Notes under the pieces: model-generated
Database searches by the model: none
Seen by the model: the letters and a program-made list of their open reading frames with translations, nothing else
Told to the model about the DNA's origin: nothing
Assembly: GCA_013265495.1 (NCBI GenBank)
Contig: MU058384.1
Location: forward strand, 6,134,792-6,198,791
Source: Vicugna vicugna
Taxonomy: Eukaryota
DNA length: 64,000 nt
Direction of reading: 5' to 3'
Program-made: the position numbers and the translations under genes
Shown here: positions 26,478 through 40,541 of the stretch, piece after piece
Layout of the letters: every line of letters starts with the position of its first letter
Numbering within the stretch: the stretch's first letter is position 1

Positions 26478-28089
26478 TATACAAAACATTGTTCTATATC
26501 TCTGCTGATTATTTCTTTTTAAAGTAATTTAAAATTATTTAGTAATGATTAATCAGAGATAGAGCCTTTAAACTCATTGTCCCCCCAAAATACTGCCCAC
26601 AATGTCCTTATTTTCTTTGACCCCCAAATGCCTAGGATCTGCTCCATACTTCCCAAGATCCTCGACACTTGGCATCTGCTGACTCCTTCTCCCCACCACC
26701 TCTTCCATCCTGCTGCCTTGCCTCCTGACATATTACTCAGGGAGCCCCACATTTCTCTCACTCAATTAAGCAGTCACAAAAAGACTTCCAAATCTCAATG
26801 GAGATGCAGGTCCACCATCATGTATCTCAAACACAGAAAAGCTCTGAGCAGAAGAAAATGAGCCGTCAGTGAATGGAATCTATCCTTAAAGAGCAGTTAG
26901 AGATAAGGAGGACATTTTCTTTCATTAGGGAGCTCCTGGTTTCCCCTGAACCTTTTCCAGGACTCTCTGTGGCAGTCACTAAGAGGTAAGGGGAGGAAGT
27001 ATGTGTCAGGTACTTAGCACAATGCTTGGTACCCAGGCGGCGCCTAATAAAAGTTAACCGTTGTTGGTGATGATGGTAACAATGATGATGATTATAGCTG
27101 CGTCTCCTTCATGGATGCATTCCTCTGAACATTGTGAAATTGACATTTTCATAGATTCTGTATAAGGTGCTAATATATGTTGAATACATTTTGAAACAAA
27201 CTTCTGGGTTGAAGAACAAGCAAAACTTACTTGCAAAAATACATTCCACTGAGAAAGCATTGTGGGCCACATCAATCACCTTGCTACTTCTACTAATTAT
27301 TATGAGTATTATATTTGTATACCTTAAAACTTAAGCCTAGTGTACACAAATCCATTCTGTTGTAAATAATTTGGGGGGAAATGATTAACATTTTAAAAAG
27401 GGAGAGAATAAAAGACAAAGCAGAAACAGAAGCTTAAAAAGAAAAAAAATGGAAATTATGACAAGATAAACTAGCTCTTTCTTAGAATGACCATTGGACA
27501 GCTTAAGAAGCAGCTAAAAAAATAGGCTTTGGCATAATGTTTATCATGAGATGAGCTAAAGCTATATACTTTTATACATTGGGGAAAGGATTTGAGATGT
27601 GTCTATCAGCTATGCTGAATAATTTCAAGAAATTAACAATGAAATGTTTGAGCATCCACACTTTTAGCATCTCTGAATACAGCAGGATCTGAAGGCATGA
27701 ATCAATGGATTCAACTTGTCATAATTTTTTTTAACCTAAAACAATGTCTATTTAGAAGGATGCCTCTTTGTATTTAATGCAAAGCAAAATTAACCAAAAC
27801 ACATGTCATTAAAACCTGAGAGGAAGAATAGCTTAAGAATTCCCTAGCAAGTAAAAGATGGTAAGTGTGCGCTATTGGACTCCCCATTTTAATAGTTCAA
27901 TATATGTAAAAGTCATTTGATGGGAGAGATTTTTAGTTTTGTTTCAGAAACGATAAACATGTTTGTAAGAGTCTGCACAACTTCACTTAAGATACCAGCT
28001 ATCCCTCTTTTTCTAACAGTCTGAAGTTTTGAACCACGAATTGCTTTACCACAGCCAGGTTCAGCAGCTTCCTTCCTTGCTTGCTATTA

Positions 28090-28310
28090 TATATGTTAGC
28101 TTTTGCTGAGTTAACAAGTCACGGTGAGATTTAGCGGCTTTAAACAACCACCGTAAATTTAGCTTACAATTCTGCAAGTTGGCAATTTGTGCTGATCTCA
28201 GTTGGGAAATCTTTCTGGTCTAAGCCAGGTTTGGTTGGTGTGCCTGATGCCTCTCCATGAATTCTCATTCTCCACCAAGCTAGCTTGGTTTTCACACGGC
28301 AGTGACAGAT
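28090..28310 (-). mobile_element. Old MaLR LTR fragment (MLT1H-like)
   Basis: tgttagcttttgctgagttaacaag...ttagcggctttaaacaacca...ttagcttacaattctgc. Confidence 0.55.
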
Positions 28311-28619
28311 GCATGCACGTGCAATGGAAGGCACTTCTGTCTTCAGCACAATTGATTAAACTACCAGAAAGTAATCATACTTTTGCTGACTTAGAAAGAC
28401 GGCAATTATTTTTTTGCCAGACACAATAGGAACTCATTGAATGTGTTCTGATTTAGTATTACATACTTTGGGTCATTTCTTAAAATTTTTTGTATTGAGG
28501 TAATTGTAGATTCACATGAAGATTCACAGAAATATCCACTACCCAGTTTTTCCAATTGTAACATCATGTTAGGTCATTTCAGAGGGAAAAAAATTGAAAT
28601 AACAGAATCATTTCATTAA

Positions 28620-30845
28620 AAAAAAATGATTAAAGCCCTGGAATGCAAGAATTTTCAAACAGAACAAAAATTAATTACTGTCACACATCACATTAACTGA
28701 ATGAAGAATAAAAACCACATGATCATCTCAATTGATGTAGAAAAAGCATTTGACAAAATTCAAAACACACTTTCATGATAAAAACTCTCAGCAAATTAGT
28801 GCTAGAAGTCACATTATAAATACCATATACGGAAAGCCCACAGCTAACCTTAAACTCAATGGTGAAAGGCTGAAAGCTTTTCCTGTAACATCAGATACAA
28901 GACAAGGGTGCTCACTCTCTATTCAGTGTAATATTGGAAGTCTTAGCCAGAACAATTAGGCAAGAAAAAATAAAGGTTATCCAAACTGGAAAGGCAAAGG
29001 TAAATTTATCTCTTTTTGCAGATGACATGATCTTATATGTAGGAAACCCTAGATTTCACAAAATAACTGTTAAAAATAAATAAATAAATTCAGCAAAGTT
29101 GTAGGATATAAACCTAACCAAGGAGGTGAAAGACTGAGAACTATGAAATATTGCTGGAAAAATCTGAGGTATAAATAAACAAAAATTTTCATGAATTGGA
29201 AGATTAATATTGTTAAGACGGTCAACACTATCCAAAGTAATCTACAGATTCAGTGTAGTCCCTATCAAAATCCCAATGGTATTTTTTGTGGAAAAAGAAA
29301 AATCCATCCTAAAATTCATATGGACTCATAAAGGACAATTTTGAAAAAGAACAAAGTTGGAGGACTTACACATCCTCATTTCAAAACATATTACAAAGCT
29401 ACAGTAATCAAAACACTGTGGTACCAGCATAAAGACAGACTAGAATAGAGAACAGACAATAGAATAGAGCCTATAAATAAACCCTCATGTATGTGGACAA
29501 ATAATATTTGGCAAGAATGTTGACACTATTCAGTGGAGGAAGAATAGTCTCTTCAACAAATCATATTGGGAAAATTGGATATCCACATGCAAAAGAATAA
29601 AGCTGGATCTTTACTTCACTTTGTACCAAAACTAAATTAAAATTAAACACCTAAACACAAGACTCAAGATAAACTCCTAGAAGCAAACAGGGGGAAAGCT
29701 TCATGATGCCAGATCTGGCAATGATTTCTTGGAAATGACAAAAAAAAAAAAAAGGCACAGAAAACAAAAGCAAAAACAGACGAATGGGACTACATCAAAC
29801 TTTAAAATTTTCTGCATCAAAGAACACAATCAACAAAGTGAAAATTCAGCCTCTGGAATGGGAGAAAATATTTGCAAATGATATATCTGACAAGGGCTAA
29901 CATCCAGAATATATAAAGAATTGCAACTCAATGACCAAAAAAAAAAATCAAATAACCTAATTTAAGAATGGAGAAAGGATGGGAATAACATTTCTCCAAA
30001 GATGACATACAAACAGTCAATAAGCATATGAGAAGATGGCTCATCATTACTTTTCAGTAGAGGAATGCAAACCAAAACCACACTGAGATATCACCTCACA
30101 CCCAATAGCATGGCTACTATCAAATAAACCAAGAATAAAACTTATTGACAATAAAAAGTGTTGGCAAGGATGTGGAGACATTGGAACACTTGTGCATTGT
30201 TAGTGGGAATGTAAAATGGTGCAACCATTGTGCAAAACAGTATGGAGGTTCCTCAAAAAATTAAAAATAGACTTACCTTATGAGCCTGCTTCTGGGTATA
30301 TATATCCAAAAGAATTCAAAGCCAAGTCTTGAAAAGAGATTTGTACAACCATGTCCATCATAGCATTATTCACAATAGACGAAATGGAAGCAACCAATCT
30401 GTCTATCATCAGATGAATAAATAAATAAAATGTGGCACACACATAAAGTGGAATCTTATGCAGCCTTTAAAAGGAAAGAAATCTTGTTATACACTACAAC
30501 ATGTGATGGATGGGAGTACATGGATGAACCTTAAGGACATTGTGCTAAGTGAAATAAACCAGTCCCAGAAGGATCAGTACTAGAGGATTCTATTCACATG
30601 AAGTATATAAAGTATTGAAATCATAGAAACACATTTGAAGGGTGATTGCCAAGGGCTGGAGGTAATAAGAGAGGGGAATGAATGTTTCATAGGTGTAGAG
30701 TTTCAGTTTTACAAGATGAAAAAGGTCAAACAACCTGTTGCACAACAATGTGACCATACTTAACACCACTGAACCATACACTTAAAAATGATTAGGATGG
30801 TAAATTTAATGCCATGCACCTTTTTTTTTAACCACAATAGAAAAA
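28620..30845 (+). mobile_element. LINE-1 (L1MA/MB-like), 2.2 kb: decayed ORF2 reverse transcriptase through 3'UTR
   Basis: Encodes the RT motifs [14 protein letters not shown] (from 28722) and LFADDMI (29012-29032) with frameshifts. Typical 3' end cttaaaaatgattaggatggtaaattt. Confidence 0.92.
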
Positions 30846-31454
30846 GTGGTTGAAGCACATTCCTTCCCATCAGTTTCCAAGTTCAAAAGCACAGCTTTGT
30901 TCAGTGAGTTATTTAATCAACGAAGTTTCCCGTTTTACTGAAAACATGGGCGATGACAAAAATGATAGCACTTAATACCACCAAGATTTCACACTTCTGG
31001 CCATCTGCTTTTCAGAGGAAGGGAATCTTGAAGACAAATTAACATGTGGCATATGAAAGAAAGGCAGAAAAATTGGGACTTTGCCCAGACCTTCAAAGAC
31101 TAGCTCTATCCATTTGGTTTGTAAGCAGTTTTCTTGCATATGGGCAGGTCCTGCACATTTCAGGCCAAGTTATTTCTTTATATAAACAGTCTCTTGTAGT
31201 CCAGTTCATCCCATGTCCCTCTGTTACAATCACTCAGCCTCAAGCACAGCAACCTGTACGCCTGATTGATTGCATCTCTGATCACACTCCTTTTAGATTT
31301 GGCTTTCATTCCCAACTTACTCTTCTTATGTGAGATATAGGATGGGTTAGAATAAGCAATAAAATGTAAATCTTCATAGAGCCATAGAAGCTGAGTGCTT
31401 TTGTCAAAAGATCTTTAGGCAAGCAACCCAGAGCATCCTTGGCATTTTTAAATA

Positions 31455-31632
31455 AACCAGTCCTGGACCACTAGCAGCAGGAACAGCACCTGGGAACCTA
31501 GCTAGAAACGCAAACTCTCCAGCCTCATTCCAGGCCTAGTGAATCAAAAACCCTGGGGTGGTGTCCAGTGATCTGTGTTTTGCAGCCCTCCAGGTGACTC
31601 TGATGCCAGCTGAAATTTGCAAGCCACTGCTC
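31455..31632. mobile_element. MER5A-like hAT-Charlie element
   Basis: cagcacctgggaacctagctagaaacgcaaactctc...ccctccaggtgactctgatgc...tttgcaagccactg. Confidence 0.8.
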
Positions 31633-31697
31633 TACATTACCTGCCTCTATGTGACAGAGGCCAAATAGAATCTGTTTTAATAGTAAATGTGTAAAGA

Positions 31698-31716
31698 ATA
31701 CCAGCAGGTGGCAGTG
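31698..31716 (+). promoter_or_regulatory. Candidate CTCF site (forward)
   Basis: ataCCAGCAGGTGGCAGtg is an exact match to the core consensus CCASYAGRKGGCRS. Confidence 0.6.
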
Positions 31717-33804
31717 TTTCACTATTTCTGCCTTTTTTCTCACTCCCTCTACTCCCCAAAGCACCTCAAAAGCATAAATCAAATTGCCAAACCTGAAAAT
31801 CGATCACTGGTTACTGGCCATTTAATAAAAAACTAATTTCATTGCTATTTTTCTTTCCAAAAAAAGAAGACAAAGCTTTATTTCAGAAAATACAGAACCA
31901 ACATCTAAAAATAAAATATGTGGGTTTTTATTTTTCCTTTGGGGAGCTTTTGGGAAGTTTAACTTGTAGCTATTATTTGAATTGTGTTACTCCAAGATAT
32001 CAAGATAATAAAGCACATGTGCTGGAACCTCTTCAGGACATTCACACAGAGTCAACAGAACTTTCATTCCTCCTCCCCCTACGCCCAGCCATCTTGGACT
32101 TCTTTTCTGTTCTATGCAGTCATGACTTTGACCTGGCTAATTTACATATCTGTCCCCGGTGTGAACACTGAGCTTAAGGATAATTTATATTTTGAAAAGG
32201 GATGATTGCAGTGCAAGCCAGGTTTTAATTATAGCAAACAGGATGGCGTCGGGAAACAGCTATCACTGCCTTAAGAGATTACATGACATATACATGATTT
32301 CACAGCAAGAGAGTCAGGCTTTCCAAAGCAGATGATTTCTTTTCCTGTTACAGGATCCTACACCGGCCACGTTCTGACCAACAGGGATTCAGCCCTGAGG
32401 TGCTTCGAGCCTTCTAGAAGCCTGCCCTCCCGCTGACCCACCTGGATCATAGAGACGCTGGACCCCTGCACTGGGCTTGCTCAAAAGAGATCGTCCTGAG
32501 CTCTAGCCATGCCCTAGTCCTGTTCACTGCACTCTTTAAGCACAAAGGGTTTTTTCTTTTAACATTTTTGTACCCTGAAGGGCTTCTCTTGATAAATGGG
32601 CCCTTGAATGGCATGTATAATAGCACGCCGTGCCTTCTCCAAGATGAATGACTCCTGCCAGTGACGGCAGATACAGTCAGGGCTACTGTTGCCCATTACT
32701 GGAGCTCTGTTTTCTGTGTTCTTTTATCTTTAACATCAGTTTGTGCCTGTCAGCCATCATAAACGACAGAGGCAGGATTCCATGTACGAAGGCAACATTT
32801 GAACGTCTCTAATGGCAGCCTGTTAAATATATTTTCCTGATGCCATGTGACATGAACGTTGTGCTGCCGAGGGAGAGAAATCCATCAGGGCCTCTTCAGA
32901 GCCTAATCCTATCTTGTCTTGAGATCAAGTTTCATTATTCCCCAAGCCAAGAATACATGGGGCTGAGCCCTGGCCAAATAATGTGATTCTGGGACATAGA
33001 TTGGGATTACTGAAGATAAAGTGGCCTGGCCACGAGGCATACTGTAAGAACACATGTGATTATTAGATTGTATCCCATGTCTGCTGCAGCCACCCTCCTG
33101 CCAAGACTGAATGCTACTAAGTGCATACCTCCTCCCGGCTCACATGTGAGTCACAAGTCTGCTTTCACTCCAAAAGCAAAACATCGCAGTGAGAGAGGCC
33201 CAGTTCTGCTCAAGATCTACAAGCTGTCAGTTCGTCTGGGGACAGGGGCTGCCTTCTCGCTGATGCAGCACCCCAATAATGCCAAGTGGCGCCTTCGGCG
33301 TCCTCACAGGTGCAAGCTATTTCTTCCTGAATGAATCACCGATTCTCCTCTGACTGAGTTCCTTGCGCTACTCATCGCTGCTGACGTCATAAACACACGG
33401 AGGCTGCAAAGCCTCACACTTTGTTCCAAACGTCTAACAGGAGCTTTTAGCCTAAGCATCTCCCTCCTTATATGGTAATAACTGAGCTCTGAACCACTGA
33501 CAAAGCAGGGTCCTATCTTTAAAGGAACATGGAAGTCAGAAGCAAGATCAGCTGTCAAAGTCCTAGAGTAGTTTGTCTTTGTAACTGATAAAAATATATG
33601 CAGGCAGGTATATAGTCAACCATCTTCTAAATGGACTTACACATATGACATCACAAGAAGCAAGCTATGAGTCTTAGAAGCCCTTCGACATTCATGACTG
33701 AAGTCCACTTAGTCTTAAGTGAAAAGGCAAAGAGGCAAAAATGGTTCTTTTGTGATTTTATCCTTTCTTTTGCAACTTCCTTTATACAAAGGGTGGGGGG
33801 TGAT

Positions 33805-33995
33805 CTCATAGTTTCTTAAAGACTATGGTGCAGACCATGTCCGGCAAAACCACCTGGAGTGCTGGCTAAATGTCTATTCCTAGCCCTCTTACCATCAGGC
33901 TCCTGAATCAAAATCACTGCCCGGGGCCTCAGGAATCTATATTTTAACAAAATTCTTGGATAATCTTTTTGGACACTAAATTTTGAGACCCATTT
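33805..33995. mobile_element. MER5-like hAT-Charlie element
   Basis: cacctggagtgctggctaaatg...ctgaatcaaaatc...caggaatctatattttaacaa...aaattttgagac. Confidence 0.7.
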
Positions 33996-34330
33996 ATCCA
34001 GGGTCTTAAGAGATTTTCAGATTGCTGGTGACAGTGGAGTTCCCTGAAGAGTTGTGGGATGCAGTGGACCCCAACAGTGTCTTCCAATTAAACCCTGATG
34101 CAGAACTGCCCGGATGCAGCTGATTGTGCTTACTGTGTATGTATGTGTTACTATGTCCAGCAGCATTCAAATCTCTCAAGGGCAATAATCAGGTGTTTTA
34201 TTGGTTCACATTTTTGGCAGTGGCAAAACTACTGTACATAAACAAGACATCCAGTCCTGTGAAACTAAACATGAAACAAAGCATAGAGTAAGTAAAAGGA
34301 GGCCAAAAATTTATTTTAATTTACTGTATT

Positions 34331-34843
34331 TATCAACAAAAAAAATCAATAAATAATCAATGGTAAGACTAGACAAAAGTTTTATTTGAGCCAAACTGAG
34401 GATAGCCCGGAAGCCCGGACTAGACTACTCTGAGAAGCTGCTCCCAAGGAGCGGGACTTTCAGCAGTTTTATGTCTTGTCAGAACAAAGAACATTAAACA
34501 AGTCAAGGGTACGTTTCTTCAAGGTTTAAAAAAAAAAAAGCCAGACCAGCACATACGTGTACAGCACATGCAGCACGGCCTTGGCATCTGGGAAGGGAGT
34601 CTTATCATCAAAAGGGTGCCAGCAGTGGCGTCCCAAGAAGAGGGGCGTTTAAACTTTATTTTTAACATAGACATTCTTTACTTTTGGTCAATGTGCCTTT
34701 TTCTTCCATATTGAAAGCAGATGTACAATGTATGCTAGATAGGCCACAAACAGGCAATTTTAATTAGCATAAAATTCAAGTTAACTCATGTATAAGCCAG
34801 AATGGCTTCCCTATAACTCAATATGTGAAAATGTCTTTTATCA
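34331..34843 (-). mobile_element. Solo ERV1-class LTR
   Basis: Ends in CA with a decayed TG start; 4-bp TSD tatt (34327-34330 and 34844-34847); antisense AATAAA near the left end (aagttttatttgagccaaactgagga). Confidence 0.75.
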
Positions 34844-37800
34844 TATTATATTTGAAGGACCATCCCAATGGTATTCGGTTGGGCTCCAGAGTGAGTCTTC
34901 CCTGATTGCCTGATTTCTCCGAAGCCCACAAGGACACAGCAAGGTCGATGAGAGGGCTTAACTGGCTATTTGCAAAGTTCTGTTAAGAGGATGGTGCTTA
35001 CAAACTGAGCTGAAGAAGGCTGAGTGCTAATGAAGATCCTGGCACGTATGAAGTGTTCAATTAATTCTTGTCACATGAACTTGAGAATTATTCCCTTTTT
35101 ACTGATTCATTGCCTCCTCCACATCTCTATCCAGTTCTTTTATTCTGACTACTGTGCATACCTGCCCTAATGATCAGAGCCTAACAAGTAAGAGGAATGC
35201 TTAATCTGAAAACATCCATTGGTATTAATTAAGAGAAATGGTCACGGTGATCTTTATCAGACATTACTTGCTACCATTTAGACAACTTCAAGCATTAGAT
35301 CTAAGCAGGAACTCAAAAGTGATTAACTTTTAGAGAAAATAAAAATGCCCAAACCCCTAAAAAGACTGTCCTGAGAACCTTTACCATTTCTCCTTTCTAT
35401 CCATAAACACTGTCTCAAATATGTTAGTTGAAAAAGAAAATTTCACACGTATTATGACATGCAGTTCTAATGCCCCCTCTATTTAGAATGCTAGCTTGGT
35501 GAAGACAGAAACTAAAAATAAACTTAATACTCTTTATAGGCACAAATAGGCTACAGAGTTTAAGCAGTTGCAGGCAGTTAATAAATACCTAAATACCGGA
35601 ATGAATGACAGCCAGGATCTTGGCGGAAAAAAAAAAAAAGTAGCCAGGAGACAGTATTCATGCCAAGAAGGGGCTGCTGGATGGTAAGGAAGATGCCTTA
35701 GGGAGGGACCGGTGGTAACTTCTTGATCAAAAAAAGGTTCAGAGCCAAATGCTTACTTCCTCCCAAGGACTAGCCTGATTCTGGACATGCTGTTCTTAGA
35801 AAAAAAAAAGAAACTCTAAATGGAAGCAAACAGATTTGAGATAAAGGTGTTTGCACGCATTCATCCAGCCTCTCAGCCTCTCTCCTGTGCCTGCAAGCAA
35901 ATGACCCCTTCCCATCCTTCCCATTGGGAAACAGGTGTCTCCTGCCAATTAGGATTTAAAAATCAACAGGGGCTTCTTAAGAGAATGATGACAAGTCTAA
36001 TTGCAAGAAGCAGCTGTAGAGCCCTTGGCTACACTGGGGCGAGGTTTATTAATCCCCGTTTTGCTGGGTGCCTGGCACCGAGCTGGGGTCAGATCCCCTG
36101 TCACGGGGTCGAGGCTGTAAAATGTAGGGCGAGGATTTAATGACCTGAGCTCAGCAGGAGGGCTGAGCGCGCCCTGCACTGATCCTGGGAGCTGGGCGTG
36201 TACAAGTCAAGTGGACACAGAGGCACTGTCAACAGCAGCCTCAGTTCAAAGGGTCGCCACCGCTCTAGAACGCGAGCTGCGTGTTTACATGATTCCCTGT
36301 GAGTTATTCAGTCTCACCGTTTTTCCTGGCCTGTTGTCAGGACCCCACCTCTCATCCAGGCTGAGAATCTGGAACTTCTTAGAAGTGTGGCCTCAAAATG
36401 GGTAGTGACGTTTGCTTTTGTAAACATACTTATTCTTATATTACATAAGCCCTAGTTTGCAGAGACCAAGAAAGTATGGTCGTACACTATAGGTAAGGAA
36501 TTGGCAAAGCGAAGCAAATAACAAACCAAAAAAATCTGTGCACTTCAAGGGCTCATGAAGGCAGAAATTTTAAAAATAGAAGTGTTAACTTGAAAGAAGT
36601 TTCTAAGATTTCCTGGTGGCAGAGCCTTCTTAGATTTTCCAGGACCCTTAAATGCGCATGTTTTCCAGGCAGCCTTTATGCGAATATGGGGCATAGATGC
36701 TCATACGCACATGCGTATATGCTCAACCATCCCCTCCCCTGGGAGTCCTTCTCTCCCAGTCCTTCTCTGCTTCAGGAACCAATTCTTCAGTCTGCCCACC
36801 AGCCCTTCTTTGAGTGCTTTTATTATGTGCGTGTTTACTTGGCTCAGTCATGACGCGAGTGCAAATTTTTAAGTGTAAATGTGTGTTTTCATTGTCTTGG
36901 TATCCTTACCATCTAACCTAGTTCCTGCCATATAGTAAGAGCTCAGTAAATGTTTCTCTAAACCCCCACTTTCCAAACCAGGAGGTGTGGAATCTATCTG
37001 CCAAAGCATCGCTAACAACTGCCAAGGCAAACAGAATGCAATCGTGTGGTTCTGTTGCCATCTAAGAAGTCATTCCTTTAAAATGATGGTGAAGACAGGA
37101 AAGTCCAAGAAGCATTCCTCCGGAAACACATGCAAACATTAATTCTGGAATGCCTTGGCATTCTTTCTTAAGAATAGTTCAGTGAGAGCCCAGCAGAGAC
37201 GAAAATGAAACCAGAGACTAACATTTGTTCATAGAAACCTACAGACCTTAATATAGGCAGTGCTGAAAGGTCAGGGTCAAGTGGATTAGCAAGATGAAGC
37301 GTTTTCAGTCGGGAAATTCTACAAGTCCTATGAACACATTAAAGTCTGCTGCAGAAATGAATCCATATACCAATGAAATCCTTTTAAACTAACATTTACT
37401 GGAATGTTACTTTGTATTATCATTTTTTTCTCTGCCCAGTAGAACCCAAAGAGAAATAAGATTTTGCTTTTGACTTAAGCTGTTTCCAGTGGGGGAGTAA
37501 AGCACTGTACAATGAGCATGCATGCAATGAATTCTATGCTCTATTAGCAGAATGAATTGCAAAGCACTGGGAGATGATTTTTGTATGAGTGGGATTATGC
37601 CACGTTCAGAAGACAAAAAAGACCTTTAAGAAAAGAAATTAATTAACAAGAGCTATGAGGGTCCAGGGTGTTCAAGGAAGAGCCAGTGAGCCATAGGAAA
37701 CCCTGAGTCCAAAGGAGCAGAGAGGAGGGTGAACTGGGTAGCATTGGTGCCAGTGTCACGCTAAGGAGTTTCCACCTGGTCTCTTAGGAGACCCTGGGGT

Positions 37801-38334
37801 CTTGCAAACAGATTTTCAAAGAGCGGAGAGACAAGCTTAGTTCTGGTCTTTATCATCCCAGTGCGCTGGCTCACAGTGGATGTATTAGAATGGTAGGGAG
37901 CAACTTCAGGTAATAATTTATTGTTAACCATCTTGGCAAAAAGGAGTTGAAATCTTTAATTAGGGCTAGAGCCAAAGGAGCAAGGGGAGGAAGGAAATTT
38001 AAAGAACATTTCAGAAATAGCATCGCTAAGCCTGGAAAGGGGAGGGAGAAGGGTCAGTACCAGACCGGCTTTAGTTGGGAGAATGAGGTGGACAGTTATG
38101 GCATAAACAAAGGTAAGGAATCCAAACTGGATGTGGGACAAATTAAGTGCAGAATTTGTAAGTAAAGGTAACCTTGTAAAAAGCAGACAAATTTTACACA
38201 GAGGTCTCAGTCTCTACTCAGTAAAGACTGTCTGTCTCCAAAGTCAAATATTTTAACATAATGGGTTATTACGTAGAAAAACAAGTCTGCACAAAGTGAT
38301 AAAATTAAAGTCATCTTACAACTGTGTGTATATA

Positions 38335-38800
38335 GTGTAGAAAAAGGAAGAGATCAACACATTGGAACCCCAAATACAAAGTTGAATTCGTTGTTTACTT
38401 AAGTAAGGAGAACTCGGCCAGACATACTGAGCAAAGGAAAATCTTACAAAGGGTTTGGGGGAGAACTTGTTTTGGGTAGTGTTGGTTCTAGAGGCCAGAG
38501 AAGGTTGCCACAGTCTTGGAAGCAGGTTTTGTGTTGGTGACAGAGGCCAGAGGGGGTTGGTTTCAGCCTTATAAATGTGTTCATTGGAGTGTGTGTGCTA
38601 CCCAAAGGCTGGCTTTGAAAATGGAAGGTTGTCATTGATTGGTTGGTTTCCAGAGTGACTTCATTGCAGCAAATCCTTATTAATTGATTAGGTAAATTTA
38701 AAAACAGCTCTGGTGTTTGCTTGTTACCATGACCCTTTAACTGAAATTTATTGATTAAACAGATTAAAAACAGTTTCTAGCCTTTACTGAGTAGCAAAGC
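38335..38800. mobile_element. Probable old LTR fragment
   Basis: LTR-like texture (acatactgagcaaaggaaaatcttacaaagggtttgggg...gattggttgg). Family not identified. Confidence 0.35.
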
Positions 38801-38947
38801 TTCAGAACTTTCCTGTTTGATTATTCTCGATAGATATGAGGTCAATGCAGTAAAAACCTAATAGCTCATTTCACTGCATTACTACTCTGAAAGTCTAAAA
38901 ATAACGTGTCTCCATTTTTGAAACTTCTTGTAACAATAGCAGAATAT

Positions 38948-39469
38948 TGTTGCCGGAGAATAGATTCTTGCCTGTGCAGGAAAGAATTCAAGAGCAAGAC
39001 ATAGTAAAGTGAAAGCAAGTTTATTTAGGGAGATACATTCTCCATAGACAGACTCCATCTCAAAAAAGGAAAGGGAGAGAGGCCAAGAGGCGTGGGGTGT
39101 TTAGCTTAAAGTAGAAGTAGACATACACTCCACAGACAGAGTGTGGAGTGTCTCTGGAGATGAGAGAGAGTGACCACAAAGTGTGGAGTTGTTAGTTTTT
39201 ATGAGCTCAGTAATTTCTTATGCTAATAATTAGGAGGATTATTCCAACTATGCTGGGGCAGTGATTTCTAGGAATTGGGTCCCTGCCCACTTTTTTGATC
39301 TTTTATGGTCAGCCTAGGAACTGTCATGGCACCTGTGGGTGTGCCATGAGGCTCAGGGTCCACTGCAAGTGGAATCTTCCGCCATCTTGGTAGTAACCAG
39401 TTTGTCCTGTCCTCAGTTGCTGTGTCATTCCTTCAGTGGTTGTGCCCTGCCCCCTTCCCTCCTGTCTCA
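38948..39469 (-). mobile_element. Solo ERV1-class LTR, intact termini
   Basis: TG at 38948, CA at 39468-39469, 4-bp TSD atat on both sides; gcaagtttatt (antisense poly(A) signal); internal ccgccatcttgg YY1-type motif. Confidence 0.88.
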
Positions 39470-40541
39470 ATATGAAGCAATCAAGGATTTCCAATATCGC
39501 CAAGTGTTTTGGATTTAGGGGATCTTACCAACTAATTAATCTACCATTATTTGGCTAGCAGCTAACATCTTCTCATTTGGCTTGTATTCATGGTGTCATG
39601 CATTGTCTCACTCTATGAAGAAGAGTCCAAATTCAGTACTGGAGACAGTTAAAATTCAGAATGATTCCTTACTGAATTTAGGGGCTATGTATGTCTGTGG
39701 GCTGTGGGTTTTCCTTTGTAAATTATTGGTTGTGTCTGTCAAGCTGTTTAGATACTTTGAATTGTAAGGTAATTTTGGGGAAGGCACCATTTGGTTCCTT
39801 TACAGCTGATGTCTGGGGCTATATGTGTTTCAGCTGTGGTGCTGGTCCCGACAGGCTGACAGAATGCTTGCTAAGCGGATGTATAAACAGATGTCTAAGA
39901 ACCTATGCCTTCTCTGCACCAAATCAACAGAAGGCCTGCATTTTTTGGAATCCACTATACTGTTTATATTGTGATGTAAGATTTGGAAGCCATTTTAGTT
40001 TTAACACGGGTGAAAAGTGGTTCCACTTCAAAAAATTATTACATTGGAACTAGTATTCAATTCCAAATACCATGCCTTCCAGCTCTCACTAGAGCATTTA
40101 TCCCAGCATCGTAATTGTCTGTGCTCCTAACTGTATCCTTCCCCCGTGTCTCCTTCTTTTGCTGTTTTGGCCCATGCCTGAGGACACCATGCCCCCCAAA
40201 TACTGTGGCATGCTGTCTTTTGATTCCTTACTCTAACTTACAAAAAAAATTTTTTTTTCACTTTTGTCATTAATTTCCTTTAGAGGAGCCTTCACAGAAG
40301 GAAAAATTTCTTTAAATATTATCCCATTTAACTTTCACAACAACCAGATGAGACGGGCTGTTGAAGGGTTGAGATGGGAAGTTGAAGACTCAAGGAGATA
40401 AGTAATTGCCAGAAAGTAGCAAAAAGAACTCTAGAATTTGGACCTAGGTATGTCTTACTCTGCACTCTTTCCAATTGACTGTCTTGATTCATTTCGCTTT
40501 TTAATCTGTTCTTTGGTGTCAACACCAGCTTCTACCAAGGG

